DNA of 60,224 nt, the filler included. It is 3 parts of 3 records of this genome, joined end to end, with 100 filler letters (N's around TTAATTAATTAA, not from the genome) between each part and the next. Parts side by side here need not be neighbours in the genome. Positions count along the whole stretch, not along the records: positions 26,115 to 52,048 come from DRR723986_60418; 2 more parts are not named here. One strand, written 5' to 3'. The number at the start of each line of letters is the position of its first letter. Position 1 is the stretch's first letter. Of the stretch, positions 38,282-48,840 are shown one piece after another. Made by a program: the position numbers and the translations under genes. The notes below the pieces were generated by a model. That model did no database searches and was not told the origin of the DNA. It saw only the letters and a list, made by a program, of their open reading frames with translations.

Positions 38282-41059
38282 CTAATCCTTCAAGAAATCC
38301 CTCAATACATAATTCAGAATTCCGCCATGCTTGTAGTAAGCAATCTCAACTTCTGAATCCAGTCTCGAGCGTACTTGAATTTTCTTCTCCTGAGATTCTG
38401 AAGTGACAATGACTTCGAATTTCTGCGAAGGCTTCAGTCCATCCTCAATTCCGGTAATAGTGAATTCCTCTTTTCCACTTAAACCTAGACTCTCGGCAGT
38501 TTCACCTGGCATGAACTGAAGTGGCAAGACTCCCATTCCCACCAAATTACTTCGGTGAATACGTTCATAGCTTTCAGCAATTACGGCTTTGATGCCAAGT
38601 AAGTTGGTTCCCTTTGCAGCCCAGTCACGTGAAGATCCTGATCCATATTCTTTTCCAGCTAAGACTACTAAAGGCACGCAAGCTGCCTGATATTTCTCGG
38701 AAGCTTCAAACACAGACATCTCTTCATTGCTAGGAATGTATGTGGTAAAACCACCTTCTTGGGTACTCAATTGGTTTTTGATACGAACGTTGGCAAAAGT
38801 ACCACGAACCATCACCTCGTCATTTCCTCTCCGCGAACCATAGGAATTGAAATCCGGTCGCTCCACTCCTCTTCCGTTTAGGTATTTTCCCGCAGGAGTA
38901 TCAGGCCTGAAAGATCCTGCCGGAGAAATATGATCTGTAGTGATAGAGTCACCCAGTTTCAAAAGAACTCTTGCGTTTGTAATGTTTTTAGGTTCTGGTA
39001 CATCTACGGAAATCCCCTTGAAAAATGGCGCTTCCTTGATGTAGGTACTGCTATCATCCCAAGGATAGATTTCTCCTTCACCAGATTGTAATTCTTTCCA
39101 AATGTCATTTCCTTCGAAAATCTCACCGTAGCTTTTTTCATAATCATCTGGTGTAAGGACTTTTCTGGCAACCTCAGCTATTTCCTCATTAGTTGGCCAG
39201 ATATCCTTCATAAATACAGGTTCCAAATTCGGATCGTAGCCAATCGGCTCATTATATAAATCCACGTCCACACGACCTGCAATGGCATAAACTACCACTA
39301 GCATAGGCGACATGAGGTAATTCATTTTCACCTGCGGGTGCACCCTGGCTTCAAAGTTTCTATTTCCGGAAAGGACAGAAGCTACGACTAGGTCATTATC
39401 CTCCACTGCTTTCGCAATGTGTCTCGGAAGCGGTCCTGAATTACCAATACAAGAAGTACAGCCATAACCCACGGTATGGAATTTTAGCGCCTCTAAGTCT
39501 TCAAGTAACTCTGATTTCTCCAAGTAATCGGTCACCACCTTCGATCCTGGAGCCAAGGAAGTTTTCACCCAAGGCTTCACATCCAATCCCAATTCCCGCG
39601 CTTTTCTGGCCACTAATCCTGCTCCAAGCATTACGGAAGGATTGGAGGTATTTGTACAGGATGTAATTGCTGCGATGACGATAGAGCCATCATACAATTC
39701 AAATTTCTCGTTATGCAGATTAACTGAAACAGTCTTCAGACCATTTTTAATCTTAGTTTTGATCTCGGTCTCTGCAGGTGCCTCAACTCCCGATTGATCT
39801 TCAGTTTGTCCTCCTCCTTCTTCAAGGAAACGGGATACTTCTTCTCGCTTATCGATAGGAATATATTGACGACCATGAACTGACTCCAAGAGCTCTCCGA
39901 ATTTCGGTTTGAAATCTCTCACCAAAATCTTATCCTGGGGACGTTTTGGCCCTGAAACTGTGGCTTCTACCGTTCCCAAATCCAATTCCACCACAGAACT
40001 GTAATTGATCAGATCCTCGTCTTTTCTCCAAAGCATGTTGGCCTTGCAATAATCCTCCACCAATTTGATCTGATCAGCTGAGCGATTGGTTTTTCCCATA
40101 TAATCCAACGTACGATCATCAATCGGGAAGTAAGTCACAGTACAGCCAAATTCCGGAGACATATTGGCAATGGTAGCTCTGTCAGGGACGGAAAGATTAT
40201 CCAAACCTGGCCCAAATACCTCAACAAACTTACCCACTACGCTGTTTCTTCTAAGTAACTCGGTAATGGTCAAAACCATATCCGTAGCCGTGGTACCTGC
40301 CGGTAAATTACCTGTCAACTTCAGGCCGACTACTTCAGGCATAATAAAGTAAATGGGCTGACCTAGAATAGCCGCTTCCGCTTCAATTCCTCCTACTCCC
40401 CAGCCTACTACTCCTATTCCATTCACCATAGGTGTGTGGGAATCTGTCCCGACAAGCGTATCTGGAAAAACCATTCCATCTCGCTCAATAACTCCCTGAG
40501 CTAAATATTCCAAGTTTACTTGGTGGCAAATCCCCATTCCCGGAGGAACCACTGAAAAGTTATTAAAGGTCTTTTGTGCCCATTTCAGGAATTTGTAGCG
40601 CTCAGAATTCCGTTCGTATTCCTTTTCTACATTCTTTTGATAACTGTAATTAGTCCCAAAATAATCCACCTGCACCGAGTGATCTATGACAAGATCTACT
40701 GGAATCAATGGATTAATTGTACTTGCATCTTTACCCTTTCGATGCGCTTCCGAACGTAAGGATGCTATATCCACCACCGCCGGAACTCCTGTAAAATCCT
40801 GCATCAGAACTCGAGCAGGTTTAAATGGGACATCTTTATCGGAGGGTTGCGGTGACCAATTCATCAAGGTTTCAAGATGCTCTTTAGTAATCGCAAAATC
40901 ATCAAAATTTCTCAGCGCATTTTCCAATAAAATCCGGATTGAAAAAGGTAAGTGCTTTACCGAATGACCGCTAGCATCTAATTTTTCTAAACTCCAAAAT
41001 GTATGATCTCCTTTTGAAGTTTTCAATGTAGTTTTAATCTGGAATGGGTCTTGACTCAT
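38282..41059 (-). CDS. acnA: Aconitate hydratase AcnA
   Basis: RVLMQDFTGVP, GTDSHT, AAITSCTNTSNP, GYGCTSCIGNSG, TTDHISPAG, GSSRDWAAKG. Confidence 0.97.
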   Translation of the reverse strand: MSQDPFQIKTTLKTSKGDHTFWSLEKLDASGHSVKHLPFSIRILLENALRNFDDFAITKEHLETLMNWSPQPSDKDVPFKPARVLMQDFTGVPAVVDIASLRSEAHRKGKDASTINPLIPVDLVIDHSVQVDYFGTNYSYQKNVEKEYERNSERYKFLKWAQKTFNNFSVVPPGMGICHQVNLEYLAQGVIERDGMVFPDTLVGTDSHTPMVNGIGVVGWGVGGIEAEAAILGQPIYFIMPEVVGLKLTGNLPAGTTATDMVLTITELLRRNSVVGKFVEVFGPGLDNLSVPDRATIANMSPEFGCTVTYFPIDDRTLDYMGKTNRSADQIKLVEDYCKANMLWRKDEDLINYSSVVELDLGTVEATVSGPKRPQDKILVRDFKPKFGELLESVHGRQYIPIDKREEVSRFLEEGGGQTEDQSGVEAPAETEIKTKIKNGLKTVSVNLHNEKFELYDGSIVIAAITSCTNTSNPSVMLGAGLVARKARELGLDVKPWVKTSLAPGSKVVTDYLEKSELLEDLEALKFHTVGYGCTSCIGNSGPLPRHIAKAVEDNDLVVASVLSGNRNFEARVHPQVKMNYLMSPMLVVVYAIAGRVDVDLYNEPIGYDPNLEPVFMKDIWPTNEEIAEVARKVLTPDDYEKSYGEIFEGNDIWKELQSGEGEIYPWDDSSTYIKEAPFFKGISVDVPEPKNITNARVLLKLGDSITTDHISPAGSFRPDTPAGKYLNGRGVERPDFNSYGSRRGNDEVMVRGTFANVRIKNQLSTQEGGFTTYIPSNEEMSVFEASEKYQAACVPLVVLAGKEYGSGSSRDWAAKGTNLLGIKAVIAESYERIHRSNLVGMGVLPLQFMPGETAESLGLSGKEEFTITGIEDGLKPSQKFEVIVTSESQEKKIQVRSRLDSEVEIAYYKHGGILNYVLRDFLKD

Positions 41060-41209
41060 GTTTGCTATGGGCTAAGGTTAAAAATAGATTCACTTAACTA
41101 ACTCAAAATTCCTGCTTAGGATTCCATACTTTACATTTGAAATAAAGTTTCCCCATTTTGCAGGCCGATTATTCATCTTTAATTTAACTTAAGAAAATCA
41201 AATTTTTAC

Positions 41210-42274
41210 ATGGGTTACCTCATCCTTCAAGTATTCAGTGTCTTTTTTATATTCGCTACATTTTTCCCTTTAGTCAAGCTGGATTACTGGTGGGTACGCA
41301 TTTTTGACTATCCAAGACTGCAGAAATTGGTCATCATCATTGGATTGACGGTTTGTTGGATCAGTTCCCTTGGCTGGTCAGTTTCACTTGAGGCGTATTT
41401 CTGGATTACTGCATTGGGAATTTCAGCTATCTACCTGAGTACCAAAGTCTGGCCTTTCAGTCCTTTTGGAAAAAAAATGATCGAAACGGTATCCTACAAC
41501 GAACAGTCAGGCATCAGCCTTTTGGTGGGAAATGTCTATCAATACAACAAACACTATGAGAAAGCTGTCGCACTAGTCAATTCAGTAAACCCAGATTTAA
41601 TATTTTTTGTGGAGACGGATAAGGCATGGGAAAGAGGCCTTTCGGAAATAGAAAATGATTATCCAACTCAGATTAAAATCCCGCTAGATAATACCTACGG
41701 ATTGCTACTTTATACCCGAATGGAAATTGTGAGACAGGAAATAAATTACCTGATCAATGAAGAAATTCCTTCGTTGGAATTAGATATAAAGCTTCGAAAT
41801 GGGGAAATAATTACCATTTATGCGATTCACCCAACTCCTCCTGTGCCGGGCGAAAATGAAAAAAGTACGGAAAGAGATGCAGAAATATTGATGGTAGGAA
41901 AAAAATCAAAGGCCAACCCGAAGCCTTCTCTGGTCATAGGAGACTTGAATGATGTGGCGTGGAGCTACACTACGGAGCTGTTTTTGAAAAATTCTGAAAT
42001 GGCTGACCCTCGTCGTGGCAGAGGTTTGTTTAACACCTTTCATGCGAAAGTCCCACTCTTCAGATGGCCATTGGATCATATCTTTTTAAGCAAGCACTTT
42101 GGGGTGGCTAGTCTAAAAGTTCAAAAAGGTATAGGATCAGATCACTTCCCTATTTCATTGAAGGCTGTGTTAACACCGACAAACGATACAGAAACCATTA
42201 AAGCAAATGGGGAAGAAAAAGAAGAAGCCCGCGAAAAGATTTCCCGCGGGCTCGATGAAAATGATAAAGACTAA
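41210..42274 (+). CDS. Endonuclease/exonuclease/phosphatase family membrane protein (YafD-like)
   Basis: N-terminal TMs; FFVET, IGDLNDV, PLDHIF, GSDHFP. Confidence 0.9.
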   Translation: MGYLILQVFSVFFIFATFFPLVKLDYWWVRIFDYPRLQKLVIIIGLTVCWISSLGWSVSLEAYFWITALGISAIYLSTKVWPFSPFGKKMIETVSYNEQSGISLLVGNVYQYNKHYEKAVALVNSVNPDLIFFVETDKAWERGLSEIENDYPTQIKIPLDNTYGLLLYTRMEIVRQEINYLINEEIPSLELDIKLRNGEIITIYAIHPTPPVPGENEKSTERDAEILMVGKKSKANPKPSLVIGDLNDVAWSYTTELFLKNSEMADPRRGRGLFNTFHAKVPLFRWPLDHIFLSKHFGVASLKVQKGIGSDHFPISLKAVLTPTNDTETIKANGEEKEEAREKISRGLDENDKD

Positions 42275-42280
42275 TTTCTG

Positions 42281-43258
42281 TTAGTTGTCTGCCTTTTCTT
42301 CAGCTTTTGCCTTTCTCTTAAAACCTTTGTTGAATGGCCAGGTATATTCCAAGGCTTCCATTCCACGGTTCAAGTTATAAGTAGCTGAATCGGTATTTTC
42401 CAAGGTGCTTTTCAAGGTCTCAGCGAATTCAGGATCATTTAAAAGCATTCCCAAAGAATTATTAGGATCGTTGAACTTATCAGTAATCGCGCTCAGCTTC
42501 TGAGTCATTTCTTCAGAATTAGCCGCTGTTTGCTTGAAGCTTTCCATTGTTTGCTTCAACTCATTAGCCATGGTAGTATCGGTCACTAGATCATTAAAGA
42601 GATTTCCCTCCTGATTCAATTTCGAAGTAAACTTATTCAACTCAGCAATCATACGATTACTATTGATGGATGCTTGATCCAAATTTCTAACTATCGCTCT
42701 GAAGCTTTCTGCCATTAAGGAGTCGGTCAACGCCGCACCCACCATGCCATCACCCGCAGCAAGTTTGCTAGTCAGGTTTTTAAGGTTGCCTGTGATTTCT
42801 ACTAGATTCTCATTATTCACCTGGAGCGTTTCCATCATCTGGTCTGTATCCAATGGCATCACTGATTCCAGTCTATCACCATCCTCTACTGGTGGCGCCA
42901 AAGTAGTACCGCCATAGATGACGATGATCTTGTTACCAATCAATCCATCAGAGCTGATAGTGGCTTTCGAATCCTTTCTAATAAATTCCACCACTTCTTC
43001 CTCCACGTTCATTTCAATTTCTACCTGAGAATCTCCGTAAAAATTGATTTTACGAACAGTACCGATTTTCACCCCGGAAAACCAGATGTTGTTTCCAGTC
43101 TGAAGACCTCCAATATCATCGAAAACAGCTTTTAGCTGAATCGCCTTTACAAATTTTTTCTGCTGGCCACCAAGTGTCAAAACACCTGCAACCAGGATAG
43201 CAATGCCTAAAAAGACAAAAATGCCAACTATGACTGATCTTTTATTTTCCCCTCTCAT
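42281..43258 (-). CDS. mlaD: MCE-domain protein MlaD
   Basis: N-terminal TM, GGLQTGNNIWFSGVKIGTV, SDGLIGNK, long helical tail. Confidence 0.88.
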   Translation of the reverse strand: MRGENKRSVIVGIFVFLGIAILVAGVLTLGGQQKKFVKAIQLKAVFDDIGGLQTGNNIWFSGVKIGTVRKINFYGDSQVEIEMNVEEEVVEFIRKDSKATISSDGLIGNKIIVIYGGTTLAPPVEDGDRLESVMPLDTDQMMETLQVNNENLVEITGNLKNLTSKLAAGDGMVGAALTDSLMAESFRAIVRNLDQASINSNRMIAELNKFTSKLNQEGNLFNDLVTDTTMANELKQTMESFKQTAANSEEMTQKLSAITDKFNDPNNSLGMLLNDPEFAETLKSTLENTDSATYNLNRGMEALEYTWPFNKGFKRKAKAEEKADN

Positions 43259-44007
43259 GAGTTGATGAAATTATAATCGTAAAATGATTTTATGCGTTTG
43301 TCTTCTGCGTGAGGAAAGACCTCCTCAAAAGTTCCGACAGCGTCAAACTGTCCATCCAACAATACTGCCATACGATCCCCTGTATCTTTAGCACAGGTCA
43401 AATCGTGAGTAATAACGATGGATGAGGTATTATACTCCTCTCGTACTTGCGTGATAAGGCTATTGATCTCTCCGCATGTAATAGGATCCAATCCTGCGGT
43501 AGGTTCATCATAAAGCATTATTTCAGGCTCCAAAATCAACGTACGCGCAACACCTATTCTTTTCTTTTGACCTCCGGAAAGCTCTGATGGCATTTGGTTG
43601 ATAGATTGAGGTAAACCCACACTATCCAGCAAACCTTCGATTTTCATGGTGATTTCTTTCTTAGTCAGGTTCTTTATATTCCTCACCAAGGGAAACTCCA
43701 TGTTTTCACGAACTGTCATACTATCATATAGCGCTGAGTTTTGGAATGAAAACCCAATTCTCAGACGCAAAGCGTTCAATTCTCTTGTGCTTAAGGTGGA
43801 AACTTCCTTACCCAGCACATTCATAGATCCAGTATCCTGCTTTAAAAGCCCAACCATTATCTTGATTAGAACTGACTTTCCAGATCCTGATTTACCTAAA
43901 ACCACAAGGTTTTCTCCCTTGTGTAGATCCAGATCAACCCCTTTCAATACATCTAAGTCCCCAAAAGACTTCTCCAAACCGCGAATTTCTACAACCTTCT
44001 CTTCCAT
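43255..44007 (-). CDS. mlaF: ABC ATP-binding protein MlaF
   Basis: GKSGSGKS, FQNSALYDSM, LSGGQKKR, YDEPTAGLDP. Confidence 0.88.
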   Translation of the reverse strand: MEEKVVEIRGLEKSFGDLDVLKGVDLDLHKGENLVVLGKSGSGKSVLIKIMVGLLKQDTGSMNVLGKEVSTLSTRELNALRLRIGFSFQNSALYDSMTVRENMEFPLVRNIKNLTKKEITMKIEGLLDSVGLPQSINQMPSELSGGQKKRIGVARTLILEPEIMLYDEPTAGLDPITCGEINSLITQVREEYNTSSIVITHDLTCAKDTGDRMAVLLDGQFDAVGTFEEVFPHAEDKRIKSFYDYNFINS

Positions 44008-44009
44008 GA

Positions 44010-44807
44010 TTAAAATGCTCGGATTGCGTTAACGATCTGAAGAACCAACAGTTCTTCTATAAATATTAGGAACATCGCCATAACCACTGCTGCATTTGCC
44101 GCCCGGCCTACACCTTCTGTTCCTTTAGATGAATTATATCCCTTGTAACAGCCAACTATTCCTATGGTAAAGCCGAATAAAATTGACTTCAACACTGAAG
44201 AAATGATGTCCAGAAAGGAAATAGATTCAAATACCTGAACAAAGAAAGTGGTCAAACTCACCTTCTCATTAGCACTTACACTAAGAAACGACCCCATTAG
44301 GGCTACAAAGTCTGTGTACATCACAAGCAATGGAATCATCAGAGTGGTTGCGATCACCCGCGTCACTACGAGGAAATTAAAAGGATTCGTCGCTGATACC
44401 TCCATCGCATCAATTTGCTCAGTCACCTTCATCGAGCCAATCTCAGCACCTATACTAGATCCTACCTTACCGGCAGCAATCAGGGCAGTAACTAGTGGTC
44501 CCATGGCCCGAACTACCGCAATGGAAATCAGCGATGGCAACCATGAAGTAGCTCCAAATTCTGAAAGGGAAGGTCTGGATTGGTTAGTAAATACAATACC
44601 TACAATGAACCCTGTAAGTGAAATCAACGGTAACGATTCAACCCCTATACGGTAACATTGGTGAATGACCTCCTTAAATTCATAAGGTGGTACAAATACC
44701 TCCTTGAAGAATCGCCTTACAAAATTCCAAGCGTCCGCCAATCCGGTAAAAAACCTATCTATTTTCTTTGAAAGCAGGGGCTTTCTGTCTTCTGCTTTTT
44801 CAGTCAT
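44010..44807 (-). CDS. mlaE: ABC permease MlaE
   Basis: AGKVGSSIGAEIGSMKVTEQIDA, GTEGVGRA. Confidence 0.9.
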   Translation of the reverse strand: MTEKAEDRKPLLSKKIDRFFTGLADAWNFVRRFFKEVFVPPYEFKEVIHQCYRIGVESLPLISLTGFIVGIVFTNQSRPSLSEFGATSWLPSLISIAVVRAMGPLVTALIAAGKVGSSIGAEIGSMKVTEQIDAMEVSATNPFNFLVVTRVIATTLMIPLLVMYTDFVALMGSFLSVSANEKVSLTTFFVQVFESISFLDIISSVLKSILFGFTIGIVGCYKGYNSSKGTEGVGRAANAAVVMAMFLIFIEELLVLQIVNAIRAF

Positions 44808-44867
44808 ACATTCTTTCTGATGGCTCGAAATTAATTAAATTATTCAAAAGGATGGGTGTCATATGCC

Positions 44868-45239
44868 TCAAAGTCCAAGGATTGATCTTAAGTCTGAATC
44901 ACTTAGTGGCTTTTCGAAAATTTCACTGATTCTTTTATCTGCATTTGCACGCTCAAACTCCTCCCGATCCACTGACCCTGATTGTAAGATTATCCGTGAT
45001 GCTGGACTTACTTTTTCTACCTCATCTACAAAATCCCAACCGCTCATTTCCGGTAAATTCAGATCTACTAACAGAAGGTCCACATGAGCTGTCTTAAGAT
45101 ATTCCAAGGCTTTACTTGGCGTATCGAAATAAACAAATTCAGTTCCCGAATTAATTTTTAACAAACGCTTCTCTGTTAAAATTTTTTGGATCCTATCGTC
45201 ATCTAGTAAAAGTATTTTTTTGATCGGGGATATTTGCAT
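44868..45239 (-). CDS. Single-domain response regulator (CheY-like)
   Basis: LLDDD, LVDLNLPEMSG, FEKP. Confidence 0.85.
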   Translation of the reverse strand: MQISPIKKILLLDDDRIQKILTEKRLLKINSGTEFVYFDTPSKALEYLKTAHVDLLLVDLNLPEMSGWDFVDEVEKVSPASRIILQSGSVDREEFERANADKRISEIFEKPLSDSDLRSILGL

Positions 45240-46343
45240 CGAGGAAGTTAACAGTTAGGGTTGTGAGTTAATAATACGAAGATTAAAAAAATCTACCTCA
45301 AAAGTCACAATCTCATGCATTACTCTTGACCCATACAAAACACTTGGTGCTCACAGGAACTGGTTTATCTGATAAAAAATTTAGGAATGTGAATGTTTAA
45401 CGTTCTGCTCGTCGAAATGATCCTTTTTCAGAAGCGTGACAATTTTTAGGCGAGACTAATCTTTTTAGCTAAGACAAATTATGATAGACCTAAATACGAC
45501 TTAATAATCATATAATCAGCTTATTAACACACAAATTAAAAAGTAAAGCTTCTTAACCATACTGACGATTCTGAATCCTTTCGAAGAATCTCCAATTAGA
45601 TCAGCTTTTAGCAAACCGTAGAATATTTTGCAAAGAAAAATTCCAATTTCACCCTAAATCAGCGTCTGCATTTTGGATTTTCACCGCTGTTAAACGTTCG
45701 AAATCATTTCAAAATAAATTAAGAATTGACAGCAACTGAATGATCAATTCTACTCTTCCTCCCTTATATCCCGAATAAAAATCTGCTCAGAAAAAGAGTT
45801 AGCAAACAGCACATGTCAGAAGTAGGTTGAGGGAAAAAATCATGAAATACAGAGCCAACACGCTTTGATTATATAATTCGGATTGTCCTTTCTTAACTCT
45901 CCTTTTTACCCAACCTATGGACCCTGTCCCACCGGAATCTTACTCAACCCGCCCTCCTGTTTTCCCAATGTGGGAATAAATACCTAATAAGTAAACTAAA
46001 TCCCAAGCCTGCTTAGCGTTTAAATTGCGATCTAATACCCGAAGATTTATCGGCCATTTTCTTCTCCTTTTTTAGCTCCATTTACATCTCCAAAAATAAT
46101 TTCAAGATCAAAACCGAGGCATCAATTTCAGCAGCATTTTCCAGACACTTTAGGCTGCATATCGGGGATTACAATCCGCCCTTAGAAAACGGGAACTAAC
46201 AGAATCTTTGAAGTGAAAATCACCTTGGTTTTACACAGAAACACCAAGCATGAAGGTTACTTATCAGCAATCCTAGTGACCTCTTTCAGGTGAGTAATTA
46301 GCTTGCCTCACCTAGGAAGATTTGATTTTAGAATACTCAACAA

Positions 46344-47051
46344 TTACTTCTTAGAAGACTTTCTCCAATTTCCGGTATTCAGACCATAGCCTACAAAAAT
46401 CCCGAAATAACTACCCTTGGTAACTTGTGTAACTTCACCGATCTGAACAGAATTAGACATCAATGGATTGGTATAGTTGTTCAATCCGGTAATTCCCTGT
46501 TGGTATCTCAACCCTACCAAAAAATAATTCTCTTTCTTCGTCATAAACTTCTTACCTACATCTACTCTAATAGCGGTGCCGATCCTATTGATTTGCTGAA
46601 GGCTGGATTCTCCTGAACCCTCAAAGCCATTCATCGCACCAAGTGAAGTACTGGTAGAAAGTGTCAATCCGGGCTGGACGTAGAAATCCTGCTTTTTAAT
46701 AGTAAAATTATACCTCCCTCCTATGGAAAAGGAAGGGGTGTACGCTGGCGGAACTATGGAGCGGAAAAGATAAAATTCATTTGTTGGATTTTTAATCTCA
46801 TTTCTCATCCCATTTCTGTAAAACCCAAATTCTGAGTACAAATCCCATTTTTCAGAAATTGGAAATAAAAGACTTAACCCCGCATTTGCCCCAATACTGT
46901 TATCCATAGGCACTTTACTCCCATCCACAGAATTTGTGGCAGTAGAAAAAGAGCTAATAGCCCCAGCGCTTATTTCAATGGAAATATTTCGCTGTGCTAA
47001 GGCTGAAACTGAAAAGTATAGGAATACGATGAACAGTAGTGAGTGTTTCAT
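46344..47051 (-). CDS. Outer-membrane beta-barrel protein
   Basis: Signal peptide; amphipathic strands, GLRYQQG, terminal GSYFGIFVGYGL. Confidence 0.7.
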   Translation of the reverse strand: MKHSLLFIVFLYFSVSALAQRNISIEISAGAISSFSTATNSVDGSKVPMDNSIGANAGLSLLFPISEKWDLYSEFGFYRNGMRNEIKNPTNEFYLFRSIVPPAYTPSFSIGGRYNFTIKKQDFYVQPGLTLSTSTSLGAMNGFEGSGESSLQQINRIGTAIRVDVGKKFMTKKENYFLVGLRYQQGITGLNNYTNPLMSNSVQIGEVTQVTKGSYFGIFVGYGLNTGNWRKSSKK

Positions 47052-47224
47052 GACAAGTAGGATAGGAAGGTTAGTAAAAGAATTAGTTAATCAAAAATAC
47101 AGCTGAGGATAATCAACCCTAAACTTCAAGTCTAAATTTTTCTTAATCAGTTAGTTAAAAAACCTTACCTACTTATTCCTTACTTTTAAAGGCTGATCAA
47201 GTCTCCGGATAACTAAATTTGAAA

Positions 47225-47680
47225 ATGAAAAAGCTATTCTTTACCCTGATCCTTGCATTCACTGCTAGTTATTTTGCCATAGCACAAACCTCCACCTACG
47301 ACGAAGCCCTTGCGAAAGAAGTAGGCGCCGATGACTATGGAATGAAGAAATACGTGATCGCATTCCTATACCGGGGAGACCGTGTCACTGAGTATTCAGA
47401 TGAGCAGCGAGCAGAAATCCAAGCCGGACATATGGCAAATATCAATCGACTGGCTAAGGAAGGTAAAATGGTCATGGCGGGCCCATTCTTCGGAAATGAA
47501 GAATTGCGTGGACTCTTCTTCTTCGCTGTGGAAAGCGTGGAAGAGGCAGAAGAACTCACAGCTACTGATCCTGCCATAAAAGCTGGAGTACTCAAAATGG
47601 ATCTGAAAGAATGGTATGGTTCGGCAGCCCTGATGCTAATGAGCGACCTTCACAGTAAAGTGGCAAAAGTCGAAATCTAG
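47225..47680 (+). CDS. YciI family protein (exported)
   Basis: Signal peptide; IQAGHMANI, AGPF, TATDPAIKAG. Confidence 0.85.
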   Translation: MKKLFFTLILAFTASYFAIAQTSTYDEALAKEVGADDYGMKKYVIAFLYRGDRVTEYSDEQRAEIQAGHMANINRLAKEGKMVMAGPFFGNEELRGLFFFAVESVEEAEELTATDPAIKAGVLKMDLKEWYGSAALMLMSDLHSKVAKVEI

Positions 47681-48591
47681 AATAATGAAAAGGCTAGCTT
47701 ATCCGTCAAAAGCTCCAATGCACGGATAGACTTGACTGAATTGCCCTTTTCATTCAATTCAGGACTCCACACGGCAATGCTGAACTTATGCGGCATTACG
47801 GCGGCTACTCCACCTCCTACCCCAGATTTCCCGGGCATTCCCACCCGAAAAGCAAATTCGCCAGCTTCGTCGTAAAAACCGCATGTGAGCATCACAGCAT
47901 TGACACGTCTTGCATGGCTCTCTGATAGGATTTGACGGTTGGCGAAAATGGAGTACCCGTCATTTGCTAGAAAGGAAAAGGATTTGGCCAGATCAACGCA
48001 ACTCATCTCCATGGCACAGTGAGAAAAATACACTTCCAACACTTCATCAATTGGATTGTCAAAGTTTTTGAATGATTTCAGAAAATAGGCCAAAGCAGTG
48101 TTCCGCTCCCCATGGGCTTTTTCCGAATTCTTGACATCTGGATTGATTTTCACACAGGTCTCTCCAGCCAGCTCATTTATAAAATCAGTAATCTGCTCAA
48201 TGGGGCTTTCAAACTTACTACACAAGGCATCGGTAATAACCAAAGCTCCGGCATTGATAAATGGGTTTCTCGGAATTCCCTTCTCATATTCAAGCTGAGC
48301 AATGGAATTAAAGGGATCACCGCTGGGCTCCACATTCACGCGAGTCCATAGCTTTGAATTAAAGCGATGAAAAACCATGGTGAGGGTATGAACCTTGCTG
48401 ATACTCTGGATAGAAAATGGGACCTGATAATCTCCTACGCCGTAAACATTGCCTTTGAGGTCCACCAACGCTATCCCAAACTGATTTGGATCTACATTGG
48501 CGATTTCAGGTATGTAGTCGGCGACTTTTCCCTTAAGATTCTCTTCTTGCACCTCATTATAAACTTCTTCGATTAGCTGCTGGTAGTCCAT
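47677..48591 (-). CDS. glsA: Glutaminase
   Basis: GKVADYIPE, FSIQSISK, EPSGDPFNS, NPFINAGA, GMPGKSGVGGG, GNSV. Confidence 0.93.
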   Translation of the reverse strand: MDYQQLIEEVYNEVQEENLKGKVADYIPEIANVDPNQFGIALVDLKGNVYGVGDYQVPFSIQSISKVHTLTMVFHRFNSKLWTRVNVEPSGDPFNSIAQLEYEKGIPRNPFINAGALVITDALCSKFESPIEQITDFINELAGETCVKINPDVKNSEKAHGERNTALAYFLKSFKNFDNPIDEVLEVYFSHCAMEMSCVDLAKSFSFLANDGYSIFANRQILSESHARRVNAVMLTCGFYDEAGEFAFRVGMPGKSGVGGGVAAVMPHKFSIAVWSPELNEKGNSVKSIRALELLTDKLAFSLF

Positions 48592-48645
48592 TCTGGAAAA
48601 GTGTGGAAAATTGGGAGAGAAAGAAAGAGATTTGTGAGAAAAGCT

Positions 48646-48713
48646 GGAAGACGGGAGACCGAAGACAGAAGCCCGCTTCGGTTTTCTGTCTTCGGTCTTC
48701 GGTCTTCGGTCTC
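48646..48713. repeat. Inverted arrays of heptamer repeats
   Basis: GAAGACG GGAGACC GAAGACA GAAGCCC followed by CTTCGGT TTTCTGT CTTCGGT CTTCGGT CTTCGGT. Confidence 0.8.
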
Positions 48714-48773
48714 TTTTTCAACAAGTAAAATCACACTCTTCTAATTTCTACCAAAGTTTAATAAAAAAAACAA

Positions 48774-48794
48774 ATACCTCAGAATCTTATGTAT
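48774..48794. promoter_or_regulatory. Putative PadR operator
   Basis: ATACCTCAG-AAT-CTTATGTAT imperfect palindrome just upstream of -7 element TATATTTG (48807-48814). Confidence 0.5.
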
Positions 48795-48840
48795 ATAATA
48801 TTTTTATATATTTGGTGACGCTAGGTAATACAGCAAATTC

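Noticed and set aside
38041-38356. ORFs 38041-38265 and 38123-38356
   Set aside because: They span the acnA terminator region and have no recognizable motifs or start context
45530-45790. Possible degraded gene on the minus strand upstream of the response regulator
   Set aside because: Only short stop-interrupted frames with no motif I can recognize; left under the intergenic finding
48646-48713. CRISPR array (also considered for 60190-60224)
   Set aside because: Units are 7 or 14 nt with no unique spacers, and there are no cas genes
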